64,000 nucleotides of DNA from the human T2T-CHM13v2.0 reference genome, Homo sapiens. The stretch lies in assembly GCF_009914755.1 (NCBI RefSeq), contig NC_060937.1. The stretch is one strand, 5' to 3'. The notes beneath the pieces are model-generated. The model searched no databases and was not told the DNA's origin. It worked only from the letters and a program-made list of their open reading frames with translations. Shown piece after piece: positions 13,968 through 26,343 of this stretch (positions are counted from its first letter, which is position 1; each line of letters opens with the position of its first letter). The translations under genes and the position numbers were made by a program.

Positions 13968-14351
13968 ATTTATATTTTTTTGGAAATTTGCAAAGATTTT
14001 CTCAGCTTCAATATTGGAATTAGATTTCTTTTTTTGTGGGTTGCCATAACACTGTATTTCTTTTATCAGAGCACTTTCAACATTTCACTAAATACAAGTT
14101 CTTTGAGAGTAGGAACTATGATTACATGCAGATGAGACTTAAAGCAACAGCTGGCACATGTTCATCTATTTTTTGTTTATAATTTGCTGACTAAAAGTGT
14201 AGATGAATGCCCAGTTTTATAGCTGTTGGAAGAAACACTCATTAAACAATATTTAGACTGAATAAACCAAGATAAGAACATAGACAATGATTTTCCTTTG
14301 GTTTATCTATTACTTATCATACTGCCGCCTAAATTGGGAATAACAAACTAA

Positions 14352-14761
14352 TTGCAATTTTATGGAAACTTTACTGAAGAATTAATTTTATTGCTTTCAT
14401 AGAAAGTTACAAACATTATTACTTGATAAAATGCATTTTTTCCCATCAGCCCAGTTCAAATAGGTGAATTTCATGGTCACTATAAGTGATTTATGCTATC
14501 CTGAACTTCCATAACAATTTGTAATTTTTATCACTTTATACTTTCTACCACATATTACAGCTACTTTTATAGATCCCTTTATTAATACCACAGCAAGCTC
14601 TTTGAGCCTGTCATTCTTTGTTTATCCTTTTGTCCTATGTCTTCAATTCTTTATGACTCATTGAAATTAGCATTTTTTGCTTGATAGAATAATATCTATT
14701 AATGAACACAATTATTTATTTATTACATATTTTTTAGGTCCTGCACTGTACTGGAATTTGA
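14352..14761 (+). repeat. Copy 2 of the ~410-bp diverged direct duplication
   Basis: Collinear with 6457-6869 at an offset of about 7895 bp. Confidence 0.9.
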
Positions 14762-15540
14762 CTTGAGACTGACTATAGTAGTCAGAGGTATTCCCTTCTC
14801 ATGTTTTTACCCTCTTTAATAATTTGGACATTGGAACAAATCATAGCTTATGTATATAATTGTAGACATGAAAGAACAACCTCAAATATATTTGAATTTT
14901 AGAGTGGATATTTTCAGAGAAAGGCAAATGAAATATTGAAGCTTATCTAGTCTTGCCTCCAAATTGTATTCTAATTATTCATTCAATAAAAACTGCTACA
15001 ATTGGATGTCCGTTTTCTAACTGCATGCTGCTAGTACCGATACACTCATTCTTTGGCAAACTGTGTATATTTAATTTTTAGTATTTTATTTTGAACTTAA
15101 ATACACTGCAATAAGTTTTATCTGTAAGTACCTCTTCTGCCCTACCAATTGTTGTTCATGATAGCACACCAACAATTGATCACAGCCAGCACTGCCAAGG
15201 TATTTTATCAAACACTTAGCTTTTCCAGTCACTCCACACATTACACATTTTTAAACCATTGTGGCATCATTATACCACATATCCTAAGCAACAGTCCTAT
15301 TTCTTTCCTGTTGTCTATCTTGATGTATTTAAAAATGTAGTTACTGTTGACTTTAGAATCATAATATTTCTGCTACTATATTGACCTGTTATAATCTTAT
15401 GAGCTTTATGGTGTTCTCTTGAATTCATGAAAATTTTATGCTCCCCCTTCCGTCTTTAGAATACCTCATTTCAAGATATAATTTTATTTAATAAGCCTCC
15501 ATGAAGTGTCAGCTTCTTTGCCTTAAAAATCTCATTTATT

Positions 15541-15810
15541 GGGTAGGGCCTCCTGGTTCACGCCTGTAATCCCAGCTCTTTGGGAGGCCAAGGCAAGTGG
15601 ATCATGAGGTCAGGTGATCGAGACCAACCTGGCCACCACGGTGAAACCCTGTCTCTACTAAAAATACAAAAATTAGCCAGACGTGGTGGCATGCACCTGT
15701 AATCCCAGCTACTCGGGAGGCTAAGGCAGGAGAATCGCTTGAACCCTGGAGGCAGAGGTCCACTGCACTCCAGCCTGGGTGTCAGGGAGAGACTCCGTTT
15801 AAAAAAAAAA
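15541..15810 (+). mobile_element. AluS (Sc-like) with a ~20-bp right-arm deletion
   Basis: Alu dimer in which 'ggcagaggt|ccactgcactcc' lacks the tgcagtgagccgagatcgcg segment; TSD 'aaaaatctcatttattg' at 15525-15541 and 15807-15823. Confidence 0.93.
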
Positions 15811-16464
15811 ATCTCATTTATTGCTGTGTTTAAGCCTTCTAAGAAGATAATGTTTTCTTTTTTTAGCACTATATGAGGTAGTTGGTTAGAAGGCAGGTTA
15901 TACCCAAACAAACAAATCAACAACTAAAATGCTAACAAAAAATATTAAAACCTAAAAATAAACTCAACAATATTGGCTCTCAGTATGATTTCCCTCAGCA
16001 ACAGTCACGTGGAATGTTAAACTCTCTAAGAGGGGAGAGGAAAGAACCTCTCTTGCTTTATCTTTGTGGTAAGACATTTGCTCATGAAAGTTGTTTTTCC
16101 TTGGGTGTTCTGTTTTGCTTTGTTAATGTGACTTTTGCTGAATAGATTTAGCTAAAATTCCTGGGACAAACGTACCTACAAGAGAAAATAATTGTATCAT
16201 TGTCCCCCATTTTATAAATTGGATAAAATGCAGAAAACTAAATCTCATGTGGCTAAAATTGCAGTAATGAAGCAAATGAAGCAACTACAACCAGTGTGCG
16301 GACTTCTTGTGAGCAAGAGGTCTGACTCATTCACCTTTGTGAATGAACATACACCTACATAAATGATTTCAGTGAATGAAGAGATACATGAATTTGGGAA
16401 AACAATAAATTAGGGGAGTGATAGTTCAGGTTTGAAAATTAAGTGAACACCTGAGTGGAAAAAT

Positions 16465-16680
16465 AATAGTTCCCATTTATTAATGGTCTTCAACTTGCCA
16501 GGCTATTTTCATACACATCATGTAAGCCATTTAAAAAAATAAATCTAGGGAATTAGTACATTAGTTTGTCTACTTTTCTGACAAGGAAAACTTTGGTTCA
16601 GGAAATTCAAATAGACAAATTTATTGAGATAAATTTAAAGCCAATAGTCTCTGATTCTAAAATCTGATCATTTTATCTGT
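16465..16680 (-). mobile_element. MIR fragment
   Basis: 'aataatagttcccatttattaatgg...ttgccaggcta...ttttctgacaaggaaaac...agtctctgattctaaa'. Confidence 0.55.
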
Positions 16681-17859
16681 GTTCCAATATCTTACTCTTA
16701 TGAAAAATCAGGAAATAGTATATTTTGGAATTCGTATAACAATAGGCCACTGCAAATGAATGTTTTAAAGTAATCTAACTGGTGATATTCTAACATTTAC
16801 AAATTACATACGTGCATGAGGAAAGCCTATAATAATCACTATATATGGCCACTAAGATTGTAGTTATGTTACCATTTCCAAGTATTTTCCCTGCATTCAT
16901 ATTCATGAGTAATCTCTAGTCAAACATGATGCTATATGTCTGTAATAAATATTAAACATGCTTTGAAGAAAATAGGTTCTTCCATTCTGATGTGGTGGTG
17001 CTGAGCTCCAGTACATCAACTTCCAGCAACACCTGTTAGGCCACAGGAATATCATAATTTTAAATATCTAATTTACTTGGTCTAATATCTATATTTTTGT
17101 CTTGGATTCCAGCCATTATAAAATGTAAGCATCCTCACACACATCTTTCTTTTCTAATTTCTTATTATGTCCTTTAATAATAATACCCATTGCCTTCCAT
17201 TCTATTTGTTATGTTTAACCTGGATTTTGTTTCTCTATTTGATTCTAATCTCACTATGAAGACCTCATGGCTTTGTCAGCAAGACCCATGTTCTCTTTGT
17301 CCTGCTTCTCTGGGTATGTCATACATGTATGTGCTCATATATATATATACACAGACATATGCAAAAAGATATCACAAGAAGATGAGTATTTAAATACCTC
17401 CTAGGTTTTCCTATATACTATTTCCTCCAAAGATAGTATCTTTACCATGAAAAAATTTTGAAACATGACATCTGAGCTGAAAATTTTCAATTACTACTCA
17501 AAACTTTAGTCACTGGTGATTAACTCTAAGTTTCTTAAAGTATATGAAGAAGTCAAGCAACTTCATACTGATGCACTTACTTTTTGTAATATTGCTATAA
17601 GTTTTTGTTCTATATAAGAATTGGAATACATTCTATTTTGGGTGATTCTCATTTTAAAAATTGAAATGGACACTAATTAGATTAGCACAATATCTTATTT
17701 TCACCAATTTCAAAAAACATATGACTATTTGATTATAGGACCCATAGTACTGTTAGTAACTCAGGCAATTGAAAGTTAATGATTAATTAAGCTTTATAAC
17801 TTTACAGCAAATCGGCCTTAAGATATGTTAAAGCTTTCTCCTTTTATTAACATTGTGGC

Positions 17860-18045
17860 ATTATGATATAGTGGAAAATATATAGGATTTGGAGTCAGAT
17901 ATACTTTTTTACAAATTGCAATACTCATAGTCACAAATTGTGTGAAGTTATGACTCTCAAATCCTGTTACTTTAATAAAATCTTTTTGAAAGTTAAATAA
18001 AATAATATATCTAAATCTTGTAACTCATAGTGTTTATCAAATTAT
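17860..18045 (+). mobile_element. MIR fragment
   Basis: MIR 5' end 'tatagtggaaaatatataggatttggagtcagat', then 'gttaaataaaataatatatctaaa'. Confidence 0.55.
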
Positions 18046-20304
18046 ATTATTTTCTTTCCTCTTCATTTCTTGCCAACTCAACAGAATTTTTTTTATTAAT
18101 GAAATGATAAACATTTATTTAAAAAAAGTTCAAAGAAATGTGGACTTTCACATTATGGAGCATTATATCTCAGTATTGGAGTCATTGGATTACTTCCTAT
18201 TCCCCTGTCTTCGTAAGTCAAGTGAAGTTAAATCACTGATGACTAATTAACATGACTGTTTCAATCTATTCACGTGTTCTTTCTTTGTTTTCCCAAATAT
18301 TTCATAGAGGTAAATATGTTCCTTATACCATAGGCCTGTTTGTATTGGTTTTGCTTCTGTTTCAATGTGAATATAGACAAAGCATTTTCTTTGAAGTTAG
18401 TGGAAACTCAGTGATCATACAGATCCTCTGAGTGTTGAACGAGGAAAGAGGCTTTTGATTGTTAAAAGGAAAAAATTGATAGAAATGTAAGCAACCCAAA
18501 CCGAAATATATTAGAGCTTTATAACCAGGAGCTAAAATATGAAAAATATTTATCTTTAAACATATTAATCAGCCCCAGAATATGGTAGAGGAGATAAACT
18601 ATCTATATATACTCTTCATTCCAATGCGAAACTTACATTTTTTTCCTTAATTGTTATTTTAGTGTGATGTCAAGTTTCCTTTTTTGTTTCAAATGTATAG
18701 ACATTATGTTGAGTATTTTTGTGGAAATCAAAATGTAGTCACTTGCTTGTCATCTAACATATCTTTCAGAGGGATTATAATTGATATTAAACCATAATAA
18801 TCTTAATGTTTCCAAAATCAATTTTTGAAACAGAAACATGATATTGTTTAGATTTTGATAAAGTTGAGTATTTAATGATTTAAACATTTCAGTTTCAAAT
18901 TGAGTATCAATTTTTTAAACTACACTTGGAAATTTTAACACAGTTATATTCATTTAAGCTTGTCCACCCTGAAATGGAAAAATATTCATAGCAGTTTATT
19001 TTAGCTGTCAATATTCACAAATTATTACTTAAAATTTTAATTGTACATTCATCATGTAAAGCAGAGATCGAGACACAACAAGATGAATATTAGCTGTTAG
19101 ATTGTACAGTCAAGAATAGCTTTAAGACATTTTTATGGTTATAATTCATTTAATTTTATGTTTATATCAACATAATTAAGAAATTAGTGAGGCCTATGTT
19201 AATACGGAAAAAAAAGAACATCAATGTAAAATCTTGCATTTTCTAATGAAAATGTATTTGCTTGAATAGGTTTAATTTGCAATTTTCTGAAAAGTTCCTA
19301 GTAATGTAGTTATCAATGCAAGTAATAAATGTTTAAAAATTGGATGAAAGCCAAATCCATCACTTTCTCCAAAAAATAACTTCCCATAGTCCATCCCAGA
19401 TGACAGTGCCTTGAATATCTTTAACTTCTCCATCAGAACCACTTAGCATTACTATGCTTCTGCGCAGCTTGAACATCACTACCTTTGTCAGAACCAGGCA
19501 AACAAATTTATGATGATGTTCCTGGGAATATGAAGCTAATAATGCAAAGGAGATTTCTCTGTAGCTCTTCATTAACATTTTATTCATTACAACAAGGGAG
19601 TTTTAAGAGTTTCCTTTTAAGCAAATTAGGTCACTGGATAAAAACACATACGCACACACACAGCATGGAAACACAGTGTATTACTACATAGAACAAAAGA
19701 TCTGGTTAATAAATTATGATAATGGGATTAGTTGTCTGCTAATGTTAAAAGGCACATTTAAATATTTTGGACTTTACTTATAGAGAATAATTTTTTAATG
19801 TATTTATATTTTCCTTCTCTATATTTTCATGATTTCTTTCCTCTGAGTGTATGTAGATCTTTTTACATACTTTGAATTATTTAGAAGTATAAGAAGTATG
19901 TTACATGTTTTAATCCTTAGTTAAGAATAAGCAAGATAAAGCAATGCAATTAAGTCAAGAGACAGAATCTAGGAGGCTATCCCCTTCAAGAGAATTATTT
20001 GTCTTTTTCACAGTAATACTTAAAAATCTGTTAAGGATAATTTCTCCTCAAAAACAAGCATGCCAGTTCTTTGTATATTTTCCTTGATCCAGAAATAGTT
20101 TTACTTTTCCATTATTTCCAAAAGTGTTTTGAACCATTGAAAATCTTAGGTCAAGGTGCTGACATTATTTTTTTTTCCAAATGGCCTTTTATGTTTATAT
20201 ATGTTCTGCTCGCTCCAAAGTTGTTGCAATACTCATTAAACCAGTAGTTTAAGAGGCTTGAGATAAAATAAAAGAGGAGGAGGATGCTAATTCACATAAA
20301 GCAC

Positions 20305-20753
20305 TGCCTTAGGTTGCGTTCCCAGAAGCAGATCCTGAGAAAAGAATTCTGGAGTATGCGACTTATGGAGAGTGGCTTCTATAAGAAAGGAAGTGAAGGA
20401 AGCAGGATAAAGCAGGTGAGGGAGCTGAGCAATGGCAGGGTCTCAGCTTGATCACTAAAAAGCTCTGCAACATGAGTTGCATCTCATAGGTAGCCTAACC
20501 TTGAGGCAAGGAGACTCTGCATTTTGCATCCCTTTGCCCATCAGTTATTGCATTCAGGCTCAGAGGAGTCGAGATGGTAGATGATGTCCGTGCTCCCACC
20601 AAGGGCTGTTCTTGTTCAGCCTGAAGAGAAATTTGCAGACAGGACCAGAAGAAGGCTGCCATTAACAACCAACACTCACAGCAACTTGGGGGTTAGTACA
20701 CTGGCCATCTGGTACACAGAGGGTATGGACAGTACATCAGCAGTCCCATCACA
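20305..20753 (-). mobile_element. ERVL solo LTR (LTR16-like)
   Basis: Starts 'tgccttaggttgcgttcccagaagcagatcctgagaaaagaatt', the reverse complement of the LTR16-type 3' end; ends 'cccatcaca'. Confidence 0.65.
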
Positions 20754-20789
20754 TCCACCACTGAAATGTTAGTTCAAAATACCTGGTAA

Positions 20790-21140
20790 TATTATATTTC
20801 CATTATGCTTTATAATTTACAAAATATTTTATGTTCATTATGTTATTAGATCCTGATAACACTGTGAATGACATATATTATTGCCACATTTGATATATGA
20901 ATATGCTATAATTCAGACAAATGAAGTCACTTGCCTCAGTTTACAGGACATTAAATTTGAGCTAGGACACAATCATATGTCAACATTAGTAACGTATTTT
21001 ATATTTGGCACAGTGATAATTTTCATGATATTAAGGATGAAAAATTGAGGCATGATGAATTTAAAGAGTGCTGCAGAGCTTACAAGTACAACTAAGACAT
21101 GCATCCAGTTATTATTAAAACATGATGCTGTTTCAGTAAC
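20790..21140 (-). mobile_element. MIR fragments
   Basis: 'tgaagtcacttgcctcagtttacag' and 'aaggatgaaaaattgaggcatgatgaatttaa'. Confidence 0.5.
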
Positions 21141-21329
21141 AAGTAGCATTTGTAATTATTATGTATTTTATACTTGCACAAAATATTAGGAATCACGCAT
21201 TTTAAAATGTTTTAAATATATTCATTAAATATATTTTATTAGTAAAATATCTACTATCAGTTATTTTGTTAGTAAAATATCTACTATTATATAAAAAAAA
21301 TACTAGCTATGCAAATATAAAGAAGTGTG

Positions 21330-22160
21330 TAGTACAGAGAGCACAGTAATAGTCATGACCAAGCCTGGCAGAGGGAAGACAATTTGGGAGAGCCTCTTTT
21401 GCAGAAGTGATGCCAGAAAATTAGCATCGGCTGAGCAAAATGTTCGAAAGTGAAATTAGAGTAGTCATTTCTAGTGCCTTATATTATGTCCCAAACAAGA
21501 AGGTCTTTAATATATATTTTTGAATGAATGACTAAATAAATTAATAAATGCATTTTAGACAAGCAGCAACACAACCAAAACTCAGATGACAAATAACATG
21601 AAATACGTAAAGTGAAGGAATAAAAGTGAAGCAGGACATTGAGATGAGAATGAAAAGGTGGCACGGATTAAATCTTGGTGGGATTTTGGAGACTATTAAG
21701 GAGTTTCTCTGTATTTCATGGCAATAGAGAGATGGTGAAGTGTCTTAAGAGAGGGAATATCATTTTAGGGTTTTGCTTTATATAGGTTAGTCTAGTGGCT
21801 TTCTGGAGATTAGCAGATGGGCAGTGAGAGAAAATGAGGGAAGTGCTACCATAATCCTGGTACTGAAGGTCTGAATGAGGACAGTGGGTTTTGAGTTAGA
21901 AACACATGTACATAATTGATAAATATTTGGAATCCGAATGACAAATAAATTTTAATTCAAACACAAATTGCCATTGATGAGGCCATAATGTTGATTAGTG
22001 ACATGAGTCTTCAGTAAGATGGCATCTATACATCTGTGGACCTTAATCTAGAGGTTACATCTATGTGCTTCAGTAATTAATAAGATGGGAGAATCACAGA
22101 GTGGGCTGTGTCAAGGATGATGAGTTAGGTTTATGAGTTGCATACCTAGACACATAGTAG
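21330..22160 (-). mobile_element. Decayed L2 LINE fragments
   Basis: Purine-rich L2-like segments such as 'ggtgaagtgtcttaagagagggaat...gttttgctttatataggttagtctagtggctttctggag'. Confidence 0.5.
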
Positions 22161-22169
22161 TCCACCATT

Positions 22170-22525
22170 ATTTTTCAAATTCATTTATTTTTTGCACTGA
22201 CGTATAAAATTGTATGTGTGCAAGATAATATTTTGAAGTATACATACATTGTGGAATGGTTAAGTATAGCTAATTAACACATGTATAACTTCACATAGTA
22301 ATTTTTTGTCATGAAAACAATATCACCCAGTATTTTTGAGAATAAAATATATCATACAATAGACCTCTTAAACGTATTCTTCCTAATTGTAATTGTATAT
22401 CTTTTTACCAACATCTCCACAGCTCCTGCTACCCCTGATCACCCCAGCCTCTAGTATCCAGCATTCTACCCTCTACTTATTAGATTAACTTTTTTATATT
22501 CAACATATGAACAAGATAATGCAAA
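22170..22525 (-). mobile_element. L1MA-type 3' UTR fragment
   Basis: 'atattttgaagtatacatacattgtggaatggttaagtatagctaattaacacatg...aatagacctcttaaacgtattcttcc...ccagcctctagtatccagcattctac'. Confidence 0.8.
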
Positions 22526-22527
22526 AT

Positions 22528-22576
22528 TGTGTGTGTGTGTGTGTGTGTATGTGTGTCTGTGTGTGTGTGTGTGTGT
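22528..22576. repeat. Imperfect (TG)n microsatellite
   Basis: TG run with two interruptions. Confidence 0.95.
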
Positions 22577-22603
22577 TCCACCACTTGAATAGAACATATA
22601 TGT

Positions 22604-22826
22604 AGCCTGGCAAACATGGTTAACCCCCATCTCTACTAAAAATACAAAATTTAGCTGGGCGTCGTGGCACACTCCTGTAAACCCAGCTACTCAGGAGGCT
22701 GAGGCAGGAGAATTGCTTGAATCTGGGAGGCGGAAGTTGCAATGAGCCAAGATCACACCACTGCACTCCAGACCGGGTGACAGAGCGAGATTCCATCTTA
22801 TATGTATGTATACACACACACACACA
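22604..22826 (+). mobile_element. 5'-truncated AluS whose tail has become TA/CA repeats
   Basis: Begins 'agcctggcaaacatggt'; linker and right arm are complete; followed by 'tatatgtatgtatacacacacacacac'. Confidence 0.9.
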
Positions 22827-24639
22827 ATGAAAGGTTACCCTTAGGGCAATAATAGGGTAATGATTCCAGATATGGAAGTTGTAGACATTAAATATCTGTG
22901 AGAAATATTTGTGAAAGTATATTATGGAAAAAATGGAATATGCATGTAAACTTAGGCTATGTTGAGTAAAATAAAACTAATGTTTTAAATATGAAGAAAT
23001 GAACAGTTGCTCAATGCTTGTTTCTCTACACATGTGCAGGAAGTATATAATTCAGTGCTGTACACATATCACATTGGAGCATTAATCACAGCTGTGTCCC
23101 ACTTTACCCAAACATGGCCACATAGTCTCTTAATCCAAGCATTTGGGAAACTACTAGCAATCATTTAGAGTGGAAACATAATTTGACACCGGTTTAGCAT
23201 TCCATTTGTTTGCTACATCCCTCTTTATGACAAGAAAGGGAAAAATCATGTAATACTATAATTTGAGGAAATGTAATAATGCATTCAGGGAGACAGAAGC
23301 AGGAAAATTTTGCCTGTGTAGAATATTGTCACACATACATGTATGTGTATGTGTATGTATATATCAGAAAACATATTTCAAAAAAAAAAAGCTATGCTTA
23401 GTATACCCCATTGCAAAATCACTTCATAATGAAAGCACAGACCATGTACAACAAATAAGTGTGACAGAAATGAGTTTGGCAACTACCCAGAGTAACAATT
23501 CCATTGGGATTATGTGTTTTTTCAATACTTTTCTACTTTTCTCCAAACTTCCCTGCTGTTTTACCTGACCCCAACCATTTCAAACAGCCACACTTATAGT
23601 AGAAACCCTACAAAATCATGCAAGCATACAAAAAAGATAGCAGGGCCACAGGCTCTGTCAATTATGTTCTTCCTGTCTCTTAAATAAATCGACCTCACTT
23701 TCAGGTGAACTGACTTCTGCGGAAAAAAAAAAAAATCCCTGAACTCAAGTCTATTCTTGACAACTAGAGCAAATAAAATTTAGAATATTACTAAGATAAC
23801 AAAAGCTAACACTGCTGTCTTTAATCTCAATTTTCTACTCTTATGTAAATGTGCTTTTCATTTTAATTGTCTTCATTGACACAGCCAAAGACAAAAACCA
23901 ACCTCCCAGGCCAGGTGCCTATCAGCTTTATTAGGAAATGAACTATATAGCCCATCAAAAAAAAAAAAAAAAATAGTTCAAAGGACAGTGTGGAACAAAA
24001 GTTCCCAACATAGTAAGATAAAGTAACATTCCAAAAAAAAGTTATATGGTCTTATCATAAACAGATTGTGCCACATAAGAAATAGAATTACAGAAACACA
24101 TTATTTGGAGGAGCTGATCATCAAAGACTAAGCACATGCACTTTTCATGCAGTGCCTCCTCCTGTGTTATACGCTCAATTTAATTTTTAGTCTAGTTATT
24201 TTGACAATCTTTACATTTGCTTAAAAAAGATGGTCTGTGTTAAGTTTGAATAACTACCTCTTCAAATAAACTGTAGTCATATAAATTATATAACATGCCT
24301 ACTTAAGAAAACATTTTCTACTGATAATCTATAAGCCAGTTTGAAACGTATAATAAAATGAGATATTTTTATTTATTTTACATAATCATCCATGTTATTA
24401 GAAAGAAAAATAACCCTGAAGTTGTTCTCTTCATATAAATTTTTAACCTTTCAAATATGTATACACGTGTCTTTCAGTTCAAAATTTGAGGGTCTACAAT
24501 ACAAGTTATTAGGCACTTCCATATTTATTATGTTAATGTTTAGCAATAAAATTTTCCTCTTCATCCTTGTCTAAACTTCAACAAATTTCAACCAACCCAC
24601 ATTGTCTCAAGTAAAAAGGCTTAATATTTTTTAATAAAT

Positions 24640-25135
24640 TATAATCTACGGATATACTAGATTTGAGGATTCACCAGATCACCAGGTATCATGGATCTTT
24701 TCCCTCCCTTTCTCCTTCTACTTTTATTTCTGCTCTACTTCTGCTTCTATGCTATCTCTTTTCCTCATTCCCCATAGCTGGGTTCTGCTTTTTTCCATGT
24801 AGGCTTAACTCTGAGAGAGGCTTATCCATTTCGTGATCCATTGCAGATCTACCAGAAAATAAAGAGCTTCTTTCCTTTTACCTTCAGAAAATACATACTA
24901 TTAGCTATAATGGGACCATGTGTCCATTCCTGAACCAATCACTCAAGCAAAATAAATACAGTTGATGACTCAGCCATTCCTAAGTTTTGTATCCACTCTT
25001 GGAACTAAGCATAGAATCAGCTCCATCCAATTTTCATGGCCAGGAACAGGGGAATGAGAGCTTTCTCCGTGGCACATCTAAGAACTATGATGAAATTAGG
25101 ATACTGGGTAGGCAGACAAAGAACACAGATCTCCC
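24640..25135 (-). mobile_element. Old MaLR LTR (MLT1K/L-like)
   Basis: 'gggaccatgtgtccattcctgaaccaatcact' and 'atccactcttggaactaag...atactgggtaggcagacaaa'. Confidence 0.6.
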
Positions 25136-25954
25136 ACAAGAGTTGGGAATGTAGTGAGAAGGCTTTTCACTCACCATAAAAAGCTTCAATAAAGGTATAA
25201 CAGGAATGCAAAAAAAATTAGGGAAATAAAAACGGGAAAGTAGACCATGCTGGATGAAGAACTGACTATAAATGGGACAACTGGGAAAGTGAGTAACTAA
25301 TCAAAGAGACTAGTAAATTAGGCAAAGGCACACAGGGTGGTGAATGCCAGGCTGAAGACCTGGGAGAGTGTGAAGCAATTTCAGCTTTGTTCAAAGGGAG
25401 AGGCTTGACCTGAACTTCCCCTTGGGGGAATTAATCCTCAGTAATGACCAGGATCGGCTGTAGTGTGGAAATTCTAAAGCAAAAGGTATCAATTAAATGA
25501 TATTAAGCTACAGTAACTGGAGACTTAGGATTCTGGTTCTAGTAGACTGTGAGTAATCCAGTAAAGGTAAACGTTTCTAGTAACAGAAAAATTATGGAGC
25601 TGGGAAAGCAATGGGAATAAGTGGCTCAAACGTGAGCAAATATGTAAAACTTGAGTAACTAGGAAAATAGTGGAAAAAATTTGTCTAAACTCGGAAAAAC
25701 ATGAGGAGAACCTATTTGAGGATATGAAATGATTATATTAAATATATATAACTAAATGGACATTTCCAGTAGATTAAAATTTCGAGGACAAGATTTTGGC
25801 ATCCTGTTTACAACTGGACTTATATTTCACTGCACCGTAAAATTTCGAGGTGGCAAGATTTATGAAAGCATCTTGTCATTTGATGGAATTACTTACAAAA
25901 ATACAAGCTGAAACAACGTGAGAGCCCTAATAGGGAGGGAATATTTTCAGAAAT

Positions 25955-26190
25955 AATAATAATAATAATTGCTAATAGTGCCTGACACTGTACCATCAAT
26001 AAAAGTGAGGTAATATATTTGATAATAGCAACACGCAGTAATTAGTGTGCTTTGTCATTTTAAAGATTAGAAAACTGATGCATGGAGTAGTAAACCTAAT
26101 AGCTGAAGTTCAAGCATTTGAGAAATATTGGGATTCCGATTGAAATACAGTCTGACTCTAGAGCCCAAACTCTGAAATATTACCAACATA
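25955..26190 (-). mobile_element. MIR fragment
   Basis: 'agattagaaaactgatgcatggag...gattgaaatacagtctgactctagagcccaaactct'. Confidence 0.6.
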
Positions 26191-26343
26191 AGTAATTCAG
26201 AAATGATTACATTTAAAATCTGGACCAAGAAGGCAGTCACAATAGAAAAGAAATAAAATGTGAGAGACAGCAGTACAGCAGTATCTCTTCATACAAGTTA
26301 GCACTTTCAAGGTGGTGGTGACCACATTAAAAAAGAGAAGTGA

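Noticed and set aside
21239-21290. 'ttagtaaaatatctactat' repeated at 30-bp spacing, superficially repeat-spacer-like
   Set aside because: Only two units in AT-rich eukaryotic DNA; an ordinary slippage duplication, not a CRISPR-like array.
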